Positions 1 to 9,214 of a DNA stretch of 64,000 nucleotides are shown here, one piece after another. The notes beneath the pieces were generated by a model. The model saw only the letters and a list, made by a program, of their open reading frames with translations. It was not told where the DNA came from and searched no databases. The stretch's first letter is position 1, and every line of letters starts with the position of its first letter. This DNA comes from an uncultured Gammaproteobacteria bacterium (GTDB lineage Bacteria > Patescibacteriota > Microgenomatia > Levybacterales > GWA1-39-11). The stretch is from contig CAZXND010000002.1 of NCBI GenBank assembly GCA_964641355.1, forward strand, positions 1,005-65,004, written 5' to 3'. The translations under genes were made by a program, and so were the position numbers.

Positions 1-725
1 TCTATCGATTGTGGTTGAGCATCTAGGTTAGCTGCATCCTGATAGGAAAAAGTGCTTACCCATGGAACAAAAACCTGAGAATACGCAGACTCAACTCTCA
101 TCATCCTATCTGCAAGCTTCCTCATGTCGGACTCACTGAAACCTAACTCTGGGTGTTTTATGCTTTCATGTAAAACTCGAGATAAGACTTCAGGAAACGC
201 AAAATATCTATGTGGAACTTTTACAGGGACTCTGTTACCTGCTTCTATTACCCCTATAATATTTCTCGGACTTAATTCGGCACTTTCCTGTGTTGCGACA
301 GATCGAGCTGTAAAATCTTGAGCATCAACATGAAATCGGTTATTAAGCATTTTTTCAACCTCATCGTAATGAGTATTTACTTGAGTTAAGTGCTGTTTGA
401 AGTCTCCTGCTCCAAACATGATATCCTTCAAGATATTGCCAAATTGTTCATCATAGTAGAGAAGTGAGGCGTCATTTGGATTTTCCTCGAGTAGTATTCG
501 TTTTTGACGGTCTCCATATAAAAGAGGCATGACAAGGATTGGTTGCTCCATCCCAGCTGATGCAAACCTTTTGCTTACTTCTCTCCCAATCGCTGTAGCA
601 AGAATATATGGCTCATTTCCATGTCCTGGATTTAAAACGAGTATAGGCTTACCTTCGGTATGGGCAATGGCAGTCTCTTTACTTGAAGATAATTTCGGTG
701 CGATATCTTGACCTGCTTCAGACAT
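1..725 (-). CDS. hypothetical protein, C-terminally truncated by window edge (starts MSEAGQDIAPK...)
   Basis: Open frame on the minus strand from ATG (plus 'cat' at 723-725) to position 1 with no stop. Absent from the ORF track, probably because it runs off the edge. The N-terminus 'ILVLNPGHGNEPYILATAIGREV' loosely resembles the first beta-alpha unit of GT-B glycosyltransferases. TATAAT lies 7 nt upstream of the ATG. Confidence 0.4.
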   Translation of the reverse strand, partial: MSEAGQDIAPKLSSSKETAIAHTEGKPILVLNPGHGNEPYILATAIGREVSKRFASAGMEQPILVMPLLYGDRQKRILLEENPNDASLLYYDEQFGNILKDIMFGAGDFKQHLTQVNTHYDEVEKMLNNRFHVDAQDFTARSVATQESAELSPRNIIGVIEAGNRVPVKVPHRYFAFPEVLSRVLHESIKHPELGFSESDMRKLADRMMRVESAYSQVFVPWVSTFSYQDAANLDAQPQSI

Positions 726-1026
726 AATGCAATTATATCATCTGCTATATGTGCACTAAGCCCCAACTTTACTCCCACCTTGGTTACCATTGGGACTCCC
801 AAATATTTTTACACACCATCCCAACCATGTTGAATGGTTCAACAACAAGACCTTAATCTGTGTAATCATTACACAAAATTTAAGAAAGAAAAAAAGTAGC
901 AAAAAAAGAAAGAATAAATTTAGAAGGTCTTGTATAGGTCAATGATATTGTTTATCAGCTCGTTCGGATTTGGTATAGTTAGGGTCACAGTTGAATTCTG
1001 TGAACTTTAGTTTGTGGAATTCAGAA

Positions 1027-2055
1027 CTAAGACTTTCTACTCGACTTATTAACTCTAGCAGTATTTTCTACCAAAAATATTAGAATCCCCATATAGAGCA
1101 TTAGTTCTGCAAATTCTGAAAATTCTCCAAATGAATGTTTTCCAACTATTGTCGAGAAGTTATAGAGAAAAGCTGTAGCAAAATAAGGAAAAATAAAATA
1201 CGGAGGAATTAAAAGATAGGAAAATTTTGACTTGAAAAACCCACCGATCATCCACGCAAATGATCCATAAAATCCAATCAGTGTATAGGTATAAGGAATA
1301 AATCCACCAACGCTTTTTACATTGTGAAAGGTTATTTCTCCTTGTGAATTTTCACTTGAAATAATCACAGGTGTAGCAATTCCTAAAAGTCTTTGCCCCC
1401 AAGAAATTTCATCCCCAGCAACAAAAAATAGAGCAATTCCGACTGCTAAGAATAAAAGAGAGAAAGACTTTACTCTTCTTTTAAAAAGAGCATAAGACAA
1501 TATAAAAGATACAACAGAGGAAGAAATAAGTACAAAAAATTGAGTATTCTCAATAATATTATCTTCTGCTGATATTTTTTTAAAAACATCTGCCGGCCAC
1601 ATACTTATATGAATTGCAACAACAATAAGAAGAAATCCAGAAAGTAATATAAATTGTTTCCAATTCTTTTTTAGTACTTTTTCTCTAAGAGTTGTCAAAG
1701 CAATTAAGAATGAGAAAAGAACGATGTAAGATAAGCTGTCAAAATGAAAATTGGTGACGCTAAATGAATAATTTGGAAACAAAAAAGTATCAAGAACTCC
1801 CATGACAAGTACTACTAGCATTGATAATGGAAGTATTATGTAGTTATTTATTTTATGAATAACAGATGATAGATATATTTTCTTAAATTTGAAAAAGAGG
1901 AGCAATGCAAAAAATAGAAATGGAAGAGCGCGGGGGTCAAAATGCAAAATACTTACAATCGCATTCGTATTTTTATAAGAGCTGATAACAAGAGATGCAA
2001 GAATAAGTAAGTAAAACACATTCAAAAGTGAAGAAATATGATTTTTACTCAGCAT
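1027..2055 (-). CDS. polytopic integral membrane protein, unknown function
   Basis: 342-aa ORF that is very hydrophobic with multiple predicted TM segments; no recognisable catalytic motif. Confidence 0.5.
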   Translation of the reverse strand: MLSKNHISSLLNVFYLLILASLVISSYKNTNAIVSILHFDPRALPFLFFALLLFFKFKKIYLSSVIHKINNYIILPLSMLVVLVMGVLDTFLFPNYSFSVTNFHFDSLSYIVLFSFLIALTTLREKVLKKNWKQFILLSGFLLIVVAIHISMWPADVFKKISAEDNIIENTQFFVLISSSVVSFILSYALFKRRVKSFSLLFLAVGIALFFVAGDEISWGQRLLGIATPVIISSENSQGEITFHNVKSVGGFIPYTYTLIGFYGSFAWMIGGFFKSKFSYLLIPPYFIFPYFATAFLYNFSTIVGKHSFGEFSEFAELMLYMGILIFLVENTARVNKSSRKS

Positions 2056-2099
2056 ATCTTTATCCTAGCACATTCGAAAGTCTCTGTTATAATTACAAG

Positions 2100-2720
2100 A
2101 TGAAAATTTATTTTATCAGGCATGGAGAAAGTGAATGGAATGCACGCGGACTCCATCAACATGAAGGGATACCCCTCTCAACAAAAGGTGAAGACCAAAC
2201 AGTGCAACTCGCTAAGAGGTTTTTAAAAATCCAGGTGGATCGAATTGTCGCAAGTCCATTTGAGCGCACCAAACAAACAGCTGAGGCTATTTCTTCACTT
2301 ATTAACAAACCAATTGACTATAATACTTTATTTCGCGAAGTAAAAAGACCTACATCTGTTATAGGCAAATCTTACACAGACTCTGAAGCACTTTCAATTC
2401 GAAATCTTATGAGTGAAAACTTTGAAGAAGAAGACTGGCATCACTCAGATGAAGAAAATTTCTTCGACTTTAAAAATCGTGGACTTGAAGCACTAAAGTT
2501 TCTCGAATCACTGAATGATAAGAACGTTTTGGTTGTAAGCCATTCAGAAATGATAAAAATGGTAATTGCATTAATGATGTTTGGAGATAAATTACTTCCA
2601 GTTGAATTCTTAAGTGTTGCAAATTTCTTTAGAACCAGCAACACCGGAATAACTGTTTGTGAGTATAAAAAAAGCAAGTGGGACATGTACACTTGGAACG
2701 ACCACGCCCACCTAGGATAA
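2100..2720 (+). CDS. histidine phosphatase family protein (phosphoglycerate mutase-like)
   Basis: The 'MKIYFIRHGESEWN' RHGE catalytic motif is at the N-terminus. The likely true start is the internal ATG at 2100, not the ORF-track start at 2028, which overlaps the divergent upstream gene. Confidence 0.7.
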   Translation: MKIYFIRHGESEWNARGLHQHEGIPLSTKGEDQTVQLAKRFLKIQVDRIVASPFERTKQTAEAISSLINKPIDYNTLFREVKRPTSVIGKSYTDSEALSIRNLMSENFEEEDWHHSDEENFFDFKNRGLEALKFLESLNDKNVLVVSHSEMIKMVIALMMFGDKLLPVEFLSVANFFRTSNTGITVCEYKKSKWDMYTWNDHAHLG

Positions 2721-2721
2721 A

Positions 2722-4206
2722 CTAAATTTTTCCAACCTCATCCAAGAGCTCATCTGACCAATTGACTAATTTACAGTCGGGAAGTAAGAGCGCTCGGTCC
2801 GGCCTTAACTCCTTTATAAAGTCCTCTGTGTGACTTACTATTAAAACTGCTCCAGTATATTTTTTAAGTGCTTCAAGTATGACTCTTTGTGAAAGTACAT
2901 CAAGATATGTTGTTGGCTCATCCAAAACCAAAAGATTGTGATTATTAAGAAGCAAAGTTGCAATCGCAAGGCGAGTCTTCTCTCCACCTGAAAGAGATCC
3001 TATTGTTTGAAAAACCTTTGTTCCACTGAATAAAAATGCTGCCAAAAATGGTCTTATTTTTTCTTGTGGCATTGCTCCAAGATTTGAAATAAGATCAATA
3101 AGAGTTTGGCTGAAATCAAAAGTTTCAAATTCTTGAGAATAATAACCAAGTGAAAGATTCGAGTCACGAATCACTTCTCCGTCATCAGGTTTGACTAAAT
3201 CCACAATTATTTTAATTAATGTGCTTTTTCCAGCACCATTTAAGCCAATTAACGCAATTTTCTCACCTCTTCTTATTGTAAAACTAAGATTTTCAAATAA
3301 CTTTTTCTCTCCGAAACTTTTTTTTATCCCTATTACTTTTATTGGCTCATCAGACAACTGCTTTGGGATTGGTAATGAAATCTTAATTCTTTTTGCTTCT
3401 TTCGGAAGAGGAGGTAGAGCATCTTTAATTCTTTGAATTCTTTTTTGAAGCTGAACCCTTTGTCTTACACCTTTTTCAGATTTTCTTCCCATAAGCCCGA
3501 CAAGGCTCTTTTCCATCTTTTTTACATGTTTTGTCTCATTTATTATTTGTCTTGTAAAGTGAGCATCACGTTCCTTTTTCAACTTAACATACTGAGTGTA
3601 ATTTCCTTTATATTCTTCAATCTTTTGACTTAGCGGATCAATAACCAAGACTTTATCAATCGACTTATCGAGAAGCTCTAAATCATGAGAAACTAAGACC
3701 AGAGTTTTTGGGTAGGTACTTAAAAATTCCATAACCCATTCTTTTCCTTTTGTATCTAAAAAGTTGGTTGGTTCATCAAGTAATAAAACGTCTGGTTCTG
3801 CGAGTAACGCCCTTGCAATTGCTAGCTTTGTCTTTTGCCCACCGCTTAAGTGATGAGGAGGTTCATACAATTCTATATTTGAGAGCTCAAGACCTCTCAA
3901 AATATCAAGCAATTCCTTGTCTTCCCTTTCATAATTTCTATCTAAGTATTCCCTTGCGGTTGAAGACTCTTCAAGAATTGGATCGCGCTTTACTTCTTGC
4001 GGAACAAGCAGAACACTTCCTTCAGTTATGATACTTCCCTCTTTTGGTAACTCTACTTTTGTCAAAAGATTAAACAAAGTACTTTTTCCGGCACCATTTG
4101 GGCCTGCAAGCCCAACCTTTTGTCCTTCACCAATCGTAAAACTCACCTCTTTAAAAATTGGACGCAAGTGATTAAAAGAAACATTTTTTACTTGAATCAT
4201 AATCAA
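2722..4206 (-). CDS. ABC-F family ATPase (tandem ABC domains, no TM domain)
   Basis: Two Walker A motifs (GPNGAGKST, GLNGAGKST), two LSGG signatures and LLLDEPTN/LVLDEPTT Walker B. Length and the absence of a permease domain are typical of ABC-F translation factors. Confidence 0.8.
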   Translation of the reverse strand: MIMIQVKNVSFNHLRPIFKEVSFTIGEGQKVGLAGPNGAGKSTLFNLLTKVELPKEGSIITEGSVLLVPQEVKRDPILEESSTAREYLDRNYEREDKELLDILRGLELSNIELYEPPHHLSGGQKTKLAIARALLAEPDVLLLDEPTNFLDTKGKEWVMEFLSTYPKTLVLVSHDLELLDKSIDKVLVIDPLSQKIEEYKGNYTQYVKLKKERDAHFTRQIINETKHVKKMEKSLVGLMGRKSEKGVRQRVQLQKRIQRIKDALPPLPKEAKRIKISLPIPKQLSDEPIKVIGIKKSFGEKKLFENLSFTIRRGEKIALIGLNGAGKSTLIKIIVDLVKPDDGEVIRDSNLSLGYYSQEFETFDFSQTLIDLISNLGAMPQEKIRPFLAAFLFSGTKVFQTIGSLSGGEKTRLAIATLLLNNHNLLVLDEPTTYLDVLSQRVILEALKKYTGAVLIVSHTEDFIKELRPDRALLLPDCKLVNWSDELLDEVGKI

Positions 4207-4286
4207 CTATTATGGGACAAAATATGGACGAAGTCAAAGTTGCAAATTTTATAGATAACTTGATATAGTTTTTTTCGACTATCTTT

Positions 4287-5900
4287 TTACCTCTGAGTCT
4301 TTTTGCATTTTATAAAAATGACAACTAAGACAAATATTATTAAAAAAATAAAACTAATAAAATTTGATATTACACGGATTTTAGTGTCGACAAATACCAC
4401 AAGCACCCTATGATTCCCGGAGGGAATATTAAAAGTAATTAATCCTTTGTGATTTGGGTCTTGGAATTGAATTGGAACTTCATTTCCGTCAACATACACT
4501 CTCCACCCAGGAAAATAAATCGTATTATCAAGAATTATTGTTGAACTTTCCGAATTAAGATTAAACTCATGTCTATCGGATCTTACTCTTAGATTTTTAA
4601 TTCTCGCATCTCCACCAATCAATTCAATCTTACTAATCGCTCGCCTATTTGGATCTCCACCTGACCACATGGTTGTTGCTTCTCCATGATAAAAAGTAGT
4701 TCCGGGATAATCATAATAATATTTATCGGGGTAGCTTTTAAAATCTTTAACACGCACGTATTGGACTGAAAAAATAACAAAAAAAATAGTTAAAATTAAA
4801 AGAATTCTTTTATTCATTCTCTCTAAAACAAATGGTGACAGACAAGCAACAGCAAAGCTTGATATAGCAATAAATCTCCAGGGAAACTGAAACTTTTTTA
4901 GGAAGTCAGAAGCTTGCCAAATAAATATGGAGTAAGAACTTGATATATAAATTCCGAGAAGAAAAATTACTATCCAAAATACTATTTGGTTTTTTTCTTT
5001 AATTTTTACTTTCTTACTCAACAAGAAATAAAAAGCGAAAAGAACTATAAGAAATGCAACTGGACCAATTTGCGGAGACAATCCACCTAATTTATTTACT
5101 TCTGTACCGTACCCCCAAGAAGAATAAAAGAACTGATGCAACTTTGGAAATTCTTTTAAATACATGTCTCTATGAAAGAAGAGAAAACTTGTATATTTTG
5201 ATTCAACGAGTGAGGGAATCCAAAAAAGGGCTGACAACCCAAGGCCAAAAAGCATCGATAATAGCGAAAACTTAAATCCCTTCCACCCATTAATGACTCC
5301 ATAAAGAAAAATAATCGGAGAGAACATAAGACTAATTGCATTGTGAGACAAAATTATTAGAGAGTAAAAAAGACCTCCATATGCAATAAGTTTTACATTT
5401 CCCTTTTTAAGATATTTATCAAGACATAGGAATACTAAAGGTAAAAGGGAAAAGCTCAAAAACTCTCCAATTCCACTTCTAATGTAAAGAGTCAAAAATC
5501 TATATGGGAGAAGGCTATAAAAAATTGTTGAGTAAAGCGCAACTTCCTCCCCAAATTTTTCTTTAATCCAAATGTAAAAGATAATAACTCCCAAAATAGA
5601 AACTGTAAGGGCTAATAAGAAATAAGACGTCTCAATTGAAAAGCCCACTAAATGCAAAAGTCCAGAAATATAACCTGCAAGAGGATAATAGATAATAAAA
5701 AGTGGCGTACCATACCCAAAATTTAAATTTCCCGCCCATCGCGGTAAGAGCTGTCCTTCACTTATTACTTTCGCGTACTCAGCAATCCTTGCAAGGTGAG
5801 ATGTCTGATCGTGACTTTGATAATTTCCCAAAAAAAGAGGAAAAGAGAAGAATATTGATATAAAAGCGAGTATTAGTCCGTTTTTACTTAATCTAGACAT
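4287..5900 (-). CDS. polytopic membrane protein, putative GT-C fold glycosyltransferase
   Basis: 537 aa with more than 10 TM segments followed by a C-terminal soluble domain. Topology resembles ArnT/PMT-like transferases, but no clean DE motif is present. Confidence 0.35.
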   Translation of the reverse strand: MSRLSKNGLILAFISIFFSFPLFLGNYQSHDQTSHLARIAEYAKVISEGQLLPRWAGNLNFGYGTPLFIIYYPLAGYISGLLHLVGFSIETSYFLLALTVSILGVIIFYIWIKEKFGEEVALYSTIFYSLLPYRFLTLYIRSGIGEFLSFSLLPLVFLCLDKYLKKGNVKLIAYGGLFYSLIILSHNAISLMFSPIIFLYGVINGWKGFKFSLLSMLFGLGLSALFWIPSLVESKYTSFLFFHRDMYLKEFPKLHQFFYSSWGYGTEVNKLGGLSPQIGPVAFLIVLFAFYFLLSKKVKIKEKNQIVFWIVIFLLGIYISSSYSIFIWQASDFLKKFQFPWRFIAISSFAVACLSPFVLERMNKRILLILTIFFVIFSVQYVRVKDFKSYPDKYYYDYPGTTFYHGEATTMWSGGDPNRRAISKIELIGGDARIKNLRVRSDRHEFNLNSESSTIILDNTIYFPGWRVYVDGNEVPIQFQDPNHKGLITFNIPSGNHRVLVVFVDTKIRVISNFISFIFLIIFVLVVIFIKCKKTQR

Positions 5901-5934
5901 CTAATTTCAAAATATAATATTCTTCGCTTACAGA

Positions 5935-7605
5935 TTATTCAATATCCAAGTTTTTTTTAATTGCGTCATACAGATCCTTTGTTGATTGTGTAGGAAAGAG
6001 CTCAAATGACTTTTTTACGGCAAAAAGTGCTTCTTTTTTATCTCCAAGTTTATATTCTATTATTCCAAGAGTTGCCCAAAGACTTGGACTTTTTGGATTT
6101 TTTTTAAGTGCTTTTTTTATAAATGATTTTCCCAAGTCATACTTTTTTTGAAGTAAGTAATTTCTCGCCAAATTTTCATAAGCTGGTGGATAATTCCCTT
6201 CAAGAGATTTTTTATAATATTTCTCTGCTTTTTTATGATCTCCTCGATCATCATAATAAATTCCCAAGTTGTTCCATGCAATCCACCACTTCGGATTCAT
6301 TTTTAGAGCTTTTTCAAAACGAATTCTTGCCTCTTCCTTTTTTTCTAATTTAAATAATTCATCTCCTAAATTATTCTCAACTATATAGCTTTTGGCACTG
6401 GTAGAGTCGTGAGAAAAAAGAGCATAAGCATTTTTCCAATCCATATTTCTAACTATCACTCTTATTGAGAAAATAAAAAGCAAAAAAATAAGAATTAAAT
6501 ATGCAATTTTTTCTCTTTTTTTAGTCAATACCTTTTCTAATCCAACCCCTACGATTCCAAGCACTCCAACCATAGGGAAATAAGTCCAACGATTAGCAAC
6601 AGTCATATCAAGAGGAATAATGTGTAAATTCGGCAAAAACCCTATCACTAGCCATATTAAGAAAAAGATAAATACGCGCTTTAATTTAAGTTTTAAATAG
6701 AAAAAGAAAACAAAACAAAAAATCAACAAAATTAGAATAGCAGGTATAAAAAAATCTTCGATACTCGCACTCTTCACTATCCACTGTTGTGAAAACGATA
6801 AATCTATTGGGAGAACTATAGTTTTAAAGTAATAAAAAATTATCTTCGGAGTGTTGATAAGTCTTTCGCTTAAATCTAAATTCATTATAGGTGCATCTTC
6901 AATTTTTGATGTGAAAACGCTAACTATTGAAGATCTAAGCACTAAATAAATGAAGAGAACGGCCGTTTCCAAGAATAAAAGAGTCTTAAAGTATTCTTTT
7001 TTACAAAGGTACGAAAAAATCAAAATTATCGGAAAAAAAAGAACACCAGACTCCTTAGATAGAAGGGCAAAAAATAAGAGAAAAGAAAATGAAATTTTCT
7101 TAACTAAATCAAACTTGCTGTAAATAATTAATAAAAGAGCGCCTCCTCCAAAAAAGAAGAAAAGCACATCCTGATATGAAGAGATGCTTTGGACCGCCTC
7201 TTGGTTAATTGGGTGAAGTAAAAAAAATAAAGAGAGAAAAAACGAGATATTCTTACTAAAAAAGCGTTTAAAAATAAGAAAAACTACAAAAGCATTAGCA
7301 ACATGAATTAAAAGTTGAAACAGGTGAAAAAAGAAAGGATTTGGACCTGAAATAGAATACATCAAGTTAAAAGCTATCGGCATTAATGGCTTATAATATA
7401 TATTTGCTATGCCATTTCCGGAAGATTTGATTCCATAGGAAAACAATGTTGGAATGCTATTAATTGAGTGGACATATGGATTATTTAAAATCTGCTCTTT
7501 ATCATCCCCGATAAACTCATTAAACAATCCATTAAAGTAGACGACAAACGCCAATAAGACGATGATTCCTAAAATTTTAATCTTACTCATATTAAAAGTA
7601 TACAA
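5935..7605 (-). CDS. TMTC-like membrane glycosyltransferase (GT-C) with C-terminal TPR repeats
   Basis: The N-terminal loop 'NEFIGDDKEQILNNPYV' matches the F-x-DD-x3-I-x-NNP motif of the TMTC/DUF2723 family. About 11 TM segments follow. The C-terminal ~170 aa contain TPR-like repeats (AWNNLGIYY..., YENLARNY...). Confidence 0.6.
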   Translation of the reverse strand: MYTFNMSKIKILGIIVLLAFVVYFNGLFNEFIGDDKEQILNNPYVHSINSIPTLFSYGIKSSGNGIANIYYKPLMPIAFNLMYSISGPNPFFFHLFQLLIHVANAFVVFLIFKRFFSKNISFFLSLFFLLHPINQEAVQSISSYQDVLFFFFGGGALLLIIYSKFDLVKKISFSFLLFFALLSKESGVLFFPIILIFSYLCKKEYFKTLLFLETAVLFIYLVLRSSIVSVFTSKIEDAPIMNLDLSERLINTPKIIFYYFKTIVLPIDLSFSQQWIVKSASIEDFFIPAILILLIFCFVFFFYLKLKLKRVFIFFLIWLVIGFLPNLHIIPLDMTVANRWTYFPMVGVLGIVGVGLEKVLTKKREKIAYLILIFLLFIFSIRVIVRNMDWKNAYALFSHDSTSAKSYIVENNLGDELFKLEKKEEARIRFEKALKMNPKWWIAWNNLGIYYDDRGDHKKAEKYYKKSLEGNYPPAYENLARNYLLQKKYDLGKSFIKKALKKNPKSPSLWATLGIIEYKLGDKKEALFAVKKSFELFPTQSTKDLYDAIKKNLDIE

Positions 7606-7643
7606 AATTTGACAAAAGCTAACCTTTTCTTTTTAATAAATAT

Positions 7644-7976
7644 ATGGCGAAAAATCAAAGTTTAAAAAAGAAAGTCTTTACACGTGACTCAATCCTAATC
7701 GTATCCTTTATCTACGTTGTTCTTCTTGCTCTATATCTTATACTTGCAACTGGTCCTATTGTAGCCTTAAGTCTTAAGACTTATCTAACGGCAAAAGAGG
7801 TTACACCGTTATTTTGGCTAACACTATCCCCTTTCTTTATTTTTCCACTAGTTCTTTTTGTTTCGCTAATATTTATGCTCGTTTTTTACAAGAAAAAAAG
7901 AGTAAATTACTCACTAATAACGGCTTTGATTCCAATGATTAACCTCCTGATAATAGGTCTCATCTTGAATCTGTAA
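7644..7976 (+). CDS. small membrane protein, hypothetical
   Basis: 110 aa with 3 hydrophobic segments. Divergent from the gene at 7605. Confidence 0.3.
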   Translation: MAKNQSLKKKVFTRDSILIVSFIYVVLLALYLILATGPIVALSLKTYLTAKEVTPLFWLTLSPFFIFPLVLFVSLIFMLVFYKKKRVNYSLITALIPMINLLIIGLILNL

Positions 7977-7987
7977 AGTATTTTCAC

Positions 7988-8488
7988 TTATAAACCGCAT
8001 GCTCTCCATAATCCAAGGTTATTTTCTCTTGCATAATTCTCAGCATCTTTGAAAAGATTTTGATATTTTATGTCTGGAGGAAAGGATGCAGCCTTTGCGT
8101 ATCCATTTCTTACTAAATACTGATTTACAAATATTTCTCCCACCCAAACGTAACGAAGAAGTCTCCCATACCTATCCGTTTCAGACACATCCTTTTCAAG
8201 TCTCACCTCTTTTCCTTCTACAAGTTCTTTATTTTTATCTGATGCGATATCTCCAAAACAGCCAACAGGCTTTCTAGGATCCTTAGTCTCAGGCGTGTCA
8301 ATTCCTATATATCTTAATTTTTGTCCATCAGAAAGAAGAATAGTATCTCCATCTATTACCTTCTCAACAATTGCACTTGTAGAGCTTACTCCTTTTATCT
8401 CCTCTTTTGGTTTGGCTAAATAAGTAGTAAGAAGAAAAAATAAAAAAACTACCGAATATAAAACTAATTTAACAACAGGTTTTCTCAC
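7988..8488 (-). CDS. thermonuclease (staphylococcal nuclease, SNase-like) family protein, membrane-anchored or secreted
   Basis: N-terminal signal anchor, then the 'IGIDTPET', 'DRYGRLLRYVW' and 'VNQYLVRNGYA' SNase motifs. Confidence 0.75.
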   Translation of the reverse strand: MRKPVVKLVLYSVVFLFFLLTTYLAKPKEEIKGVSSTSAIVEKVIDGDTILLSDGQKLRYIGIDTPETKDPRKPVGCFGDIASDKNKELVEGKEVRLEKDVSETDRYGRLLRYVWVGEIFVNQYLVRNGYAKAASFPPDIKYQNLFKDAENYARENNLGLWRACGL

Positions 8489-8490
8489 TG

Positions 8491-8838
8491 TTAAAAAGTA
8501 ATATTTTGAATATGGTCTATTTTAAATTCATCTCCTAACGCATAAATCTCAAGAGCGTCGAAGCGAATATTTTGACTGGATTTATTAAGCATGTAAAATT
8601 GTGAAGTTTTAATCATTTTTGATAACTTACTTCTAGTGATTGCTTCAAGAGGAGTGCCAAATTTGTCCCCTCCTCGAAGTTTTACTTCAACAAATACTGT
8701 TGTGTCGTTGTCTTTTGCAATGAGATCTATTTCACCAAAGCGTGAATGGTAGTTTTTTTCAAGAATTTGATAACCGTGGGCACGGAGGAATTTTTCAGCT
8801 TGCTCTTCACCGATTCTCCCTAGAGATAGGCGGTTCAC
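8491..8838 (-). CDS. yraN: YraN family (UPF0102) endonuclease-like protein
   Basis: 'GEEQAEKFLRAHGYQILEKNYHSRFGEIDLIAKD...VFVEVKLR' is characteristic of YraN. It sits downstream of rplS, as in many bacteria. Confidence 0.75.
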   Translation of the reverse strand: MNRLSLGRIGEEQAEKFLRAHGYQILEKNYHSRFGEIDLIAKDNDTTVFVEVKLRGGDKFGTPLEAITRSKLSKMIKTSQFYMLNKSSQNIRFDALEIYALGDEFKIDHIQNITF

Positions 8839-8899
8839 AAGAACATATTAGAAAATTAGAATATAAAAGTCAAAGACTAAATTAAGAGGATTCAATCAA

Positions 8900-9175
8900 C
8901 TACTTCACAAACCTTTTGAGGACTGCTTTGTGTACTACCTTTTTAGGATTTGCGACAACTTCAATTCTTAAAAGATTTGGCATGGAAAGAGGAACAATTC
9001 TATCTACCTCTACTCCATCCAAAACCTGTCTAACGGTAAAAGATCGATTTATTCCTTTTCCACGAACTTTCATGACTTGTCCTGAAAAAGCCACTGTTCT
9101 TTCCTTTTTACCTTCGCCTTCTGAAACCTTTTCAAAAAGCTTTATTTTGTCTCCGACCTTGAAATTTTGATCCAT
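8900..9175 (-). CDS. rplS: 50S ribosomal protein L19
   Basis: 'FKVGDKIKLFEKVSEG..ERTVAFSGQVMKVRGKGINRSFTVRQV..GVEVDRIVPLSMPNLLRIEVV' matches the L19 family pattern. Confidence 0.85.
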   Translation of the reverse strand: MDQNFKVGDKIKLFEKVSEGEGKKERTVAFSGQVMKVRGKGINRSFTVRQVLDGVEVDRIVPLSMPNLLRIEVVANPKKVVHKAVLKRFVK

Positions 9176-9214
9176 AATTTAAGAATTATACAGTTTTGGC
9201 CTCAGCTTTTCAAG

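Noticed and set aside
993-1030. GAATTC-containing inverted repeat as an intrinsic terminator for the gene ending at 1027
   Set aside because: The hairpin overlaps the stop codon and is not followed by a U-tract on the transcribed (minus) strand. It is listed only as part of the long intergenic finding.
2028-2099. ORF-track start (MKKYDFYS...) for the histidine phosphatase gene
   Set aside because: The conserved RHGE motif begins right after an internal Met at 2100. The upstream extension overlaps the divergent membrane-protein gene start, so the shorter start was preferred.
3191-4031. Several 60-95 aa plus-strand ORFs inside the ABC-F gene
   Set aside because: They are antisense to a gene with two complete ABC cassettes and have no motifs. 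Spurious.
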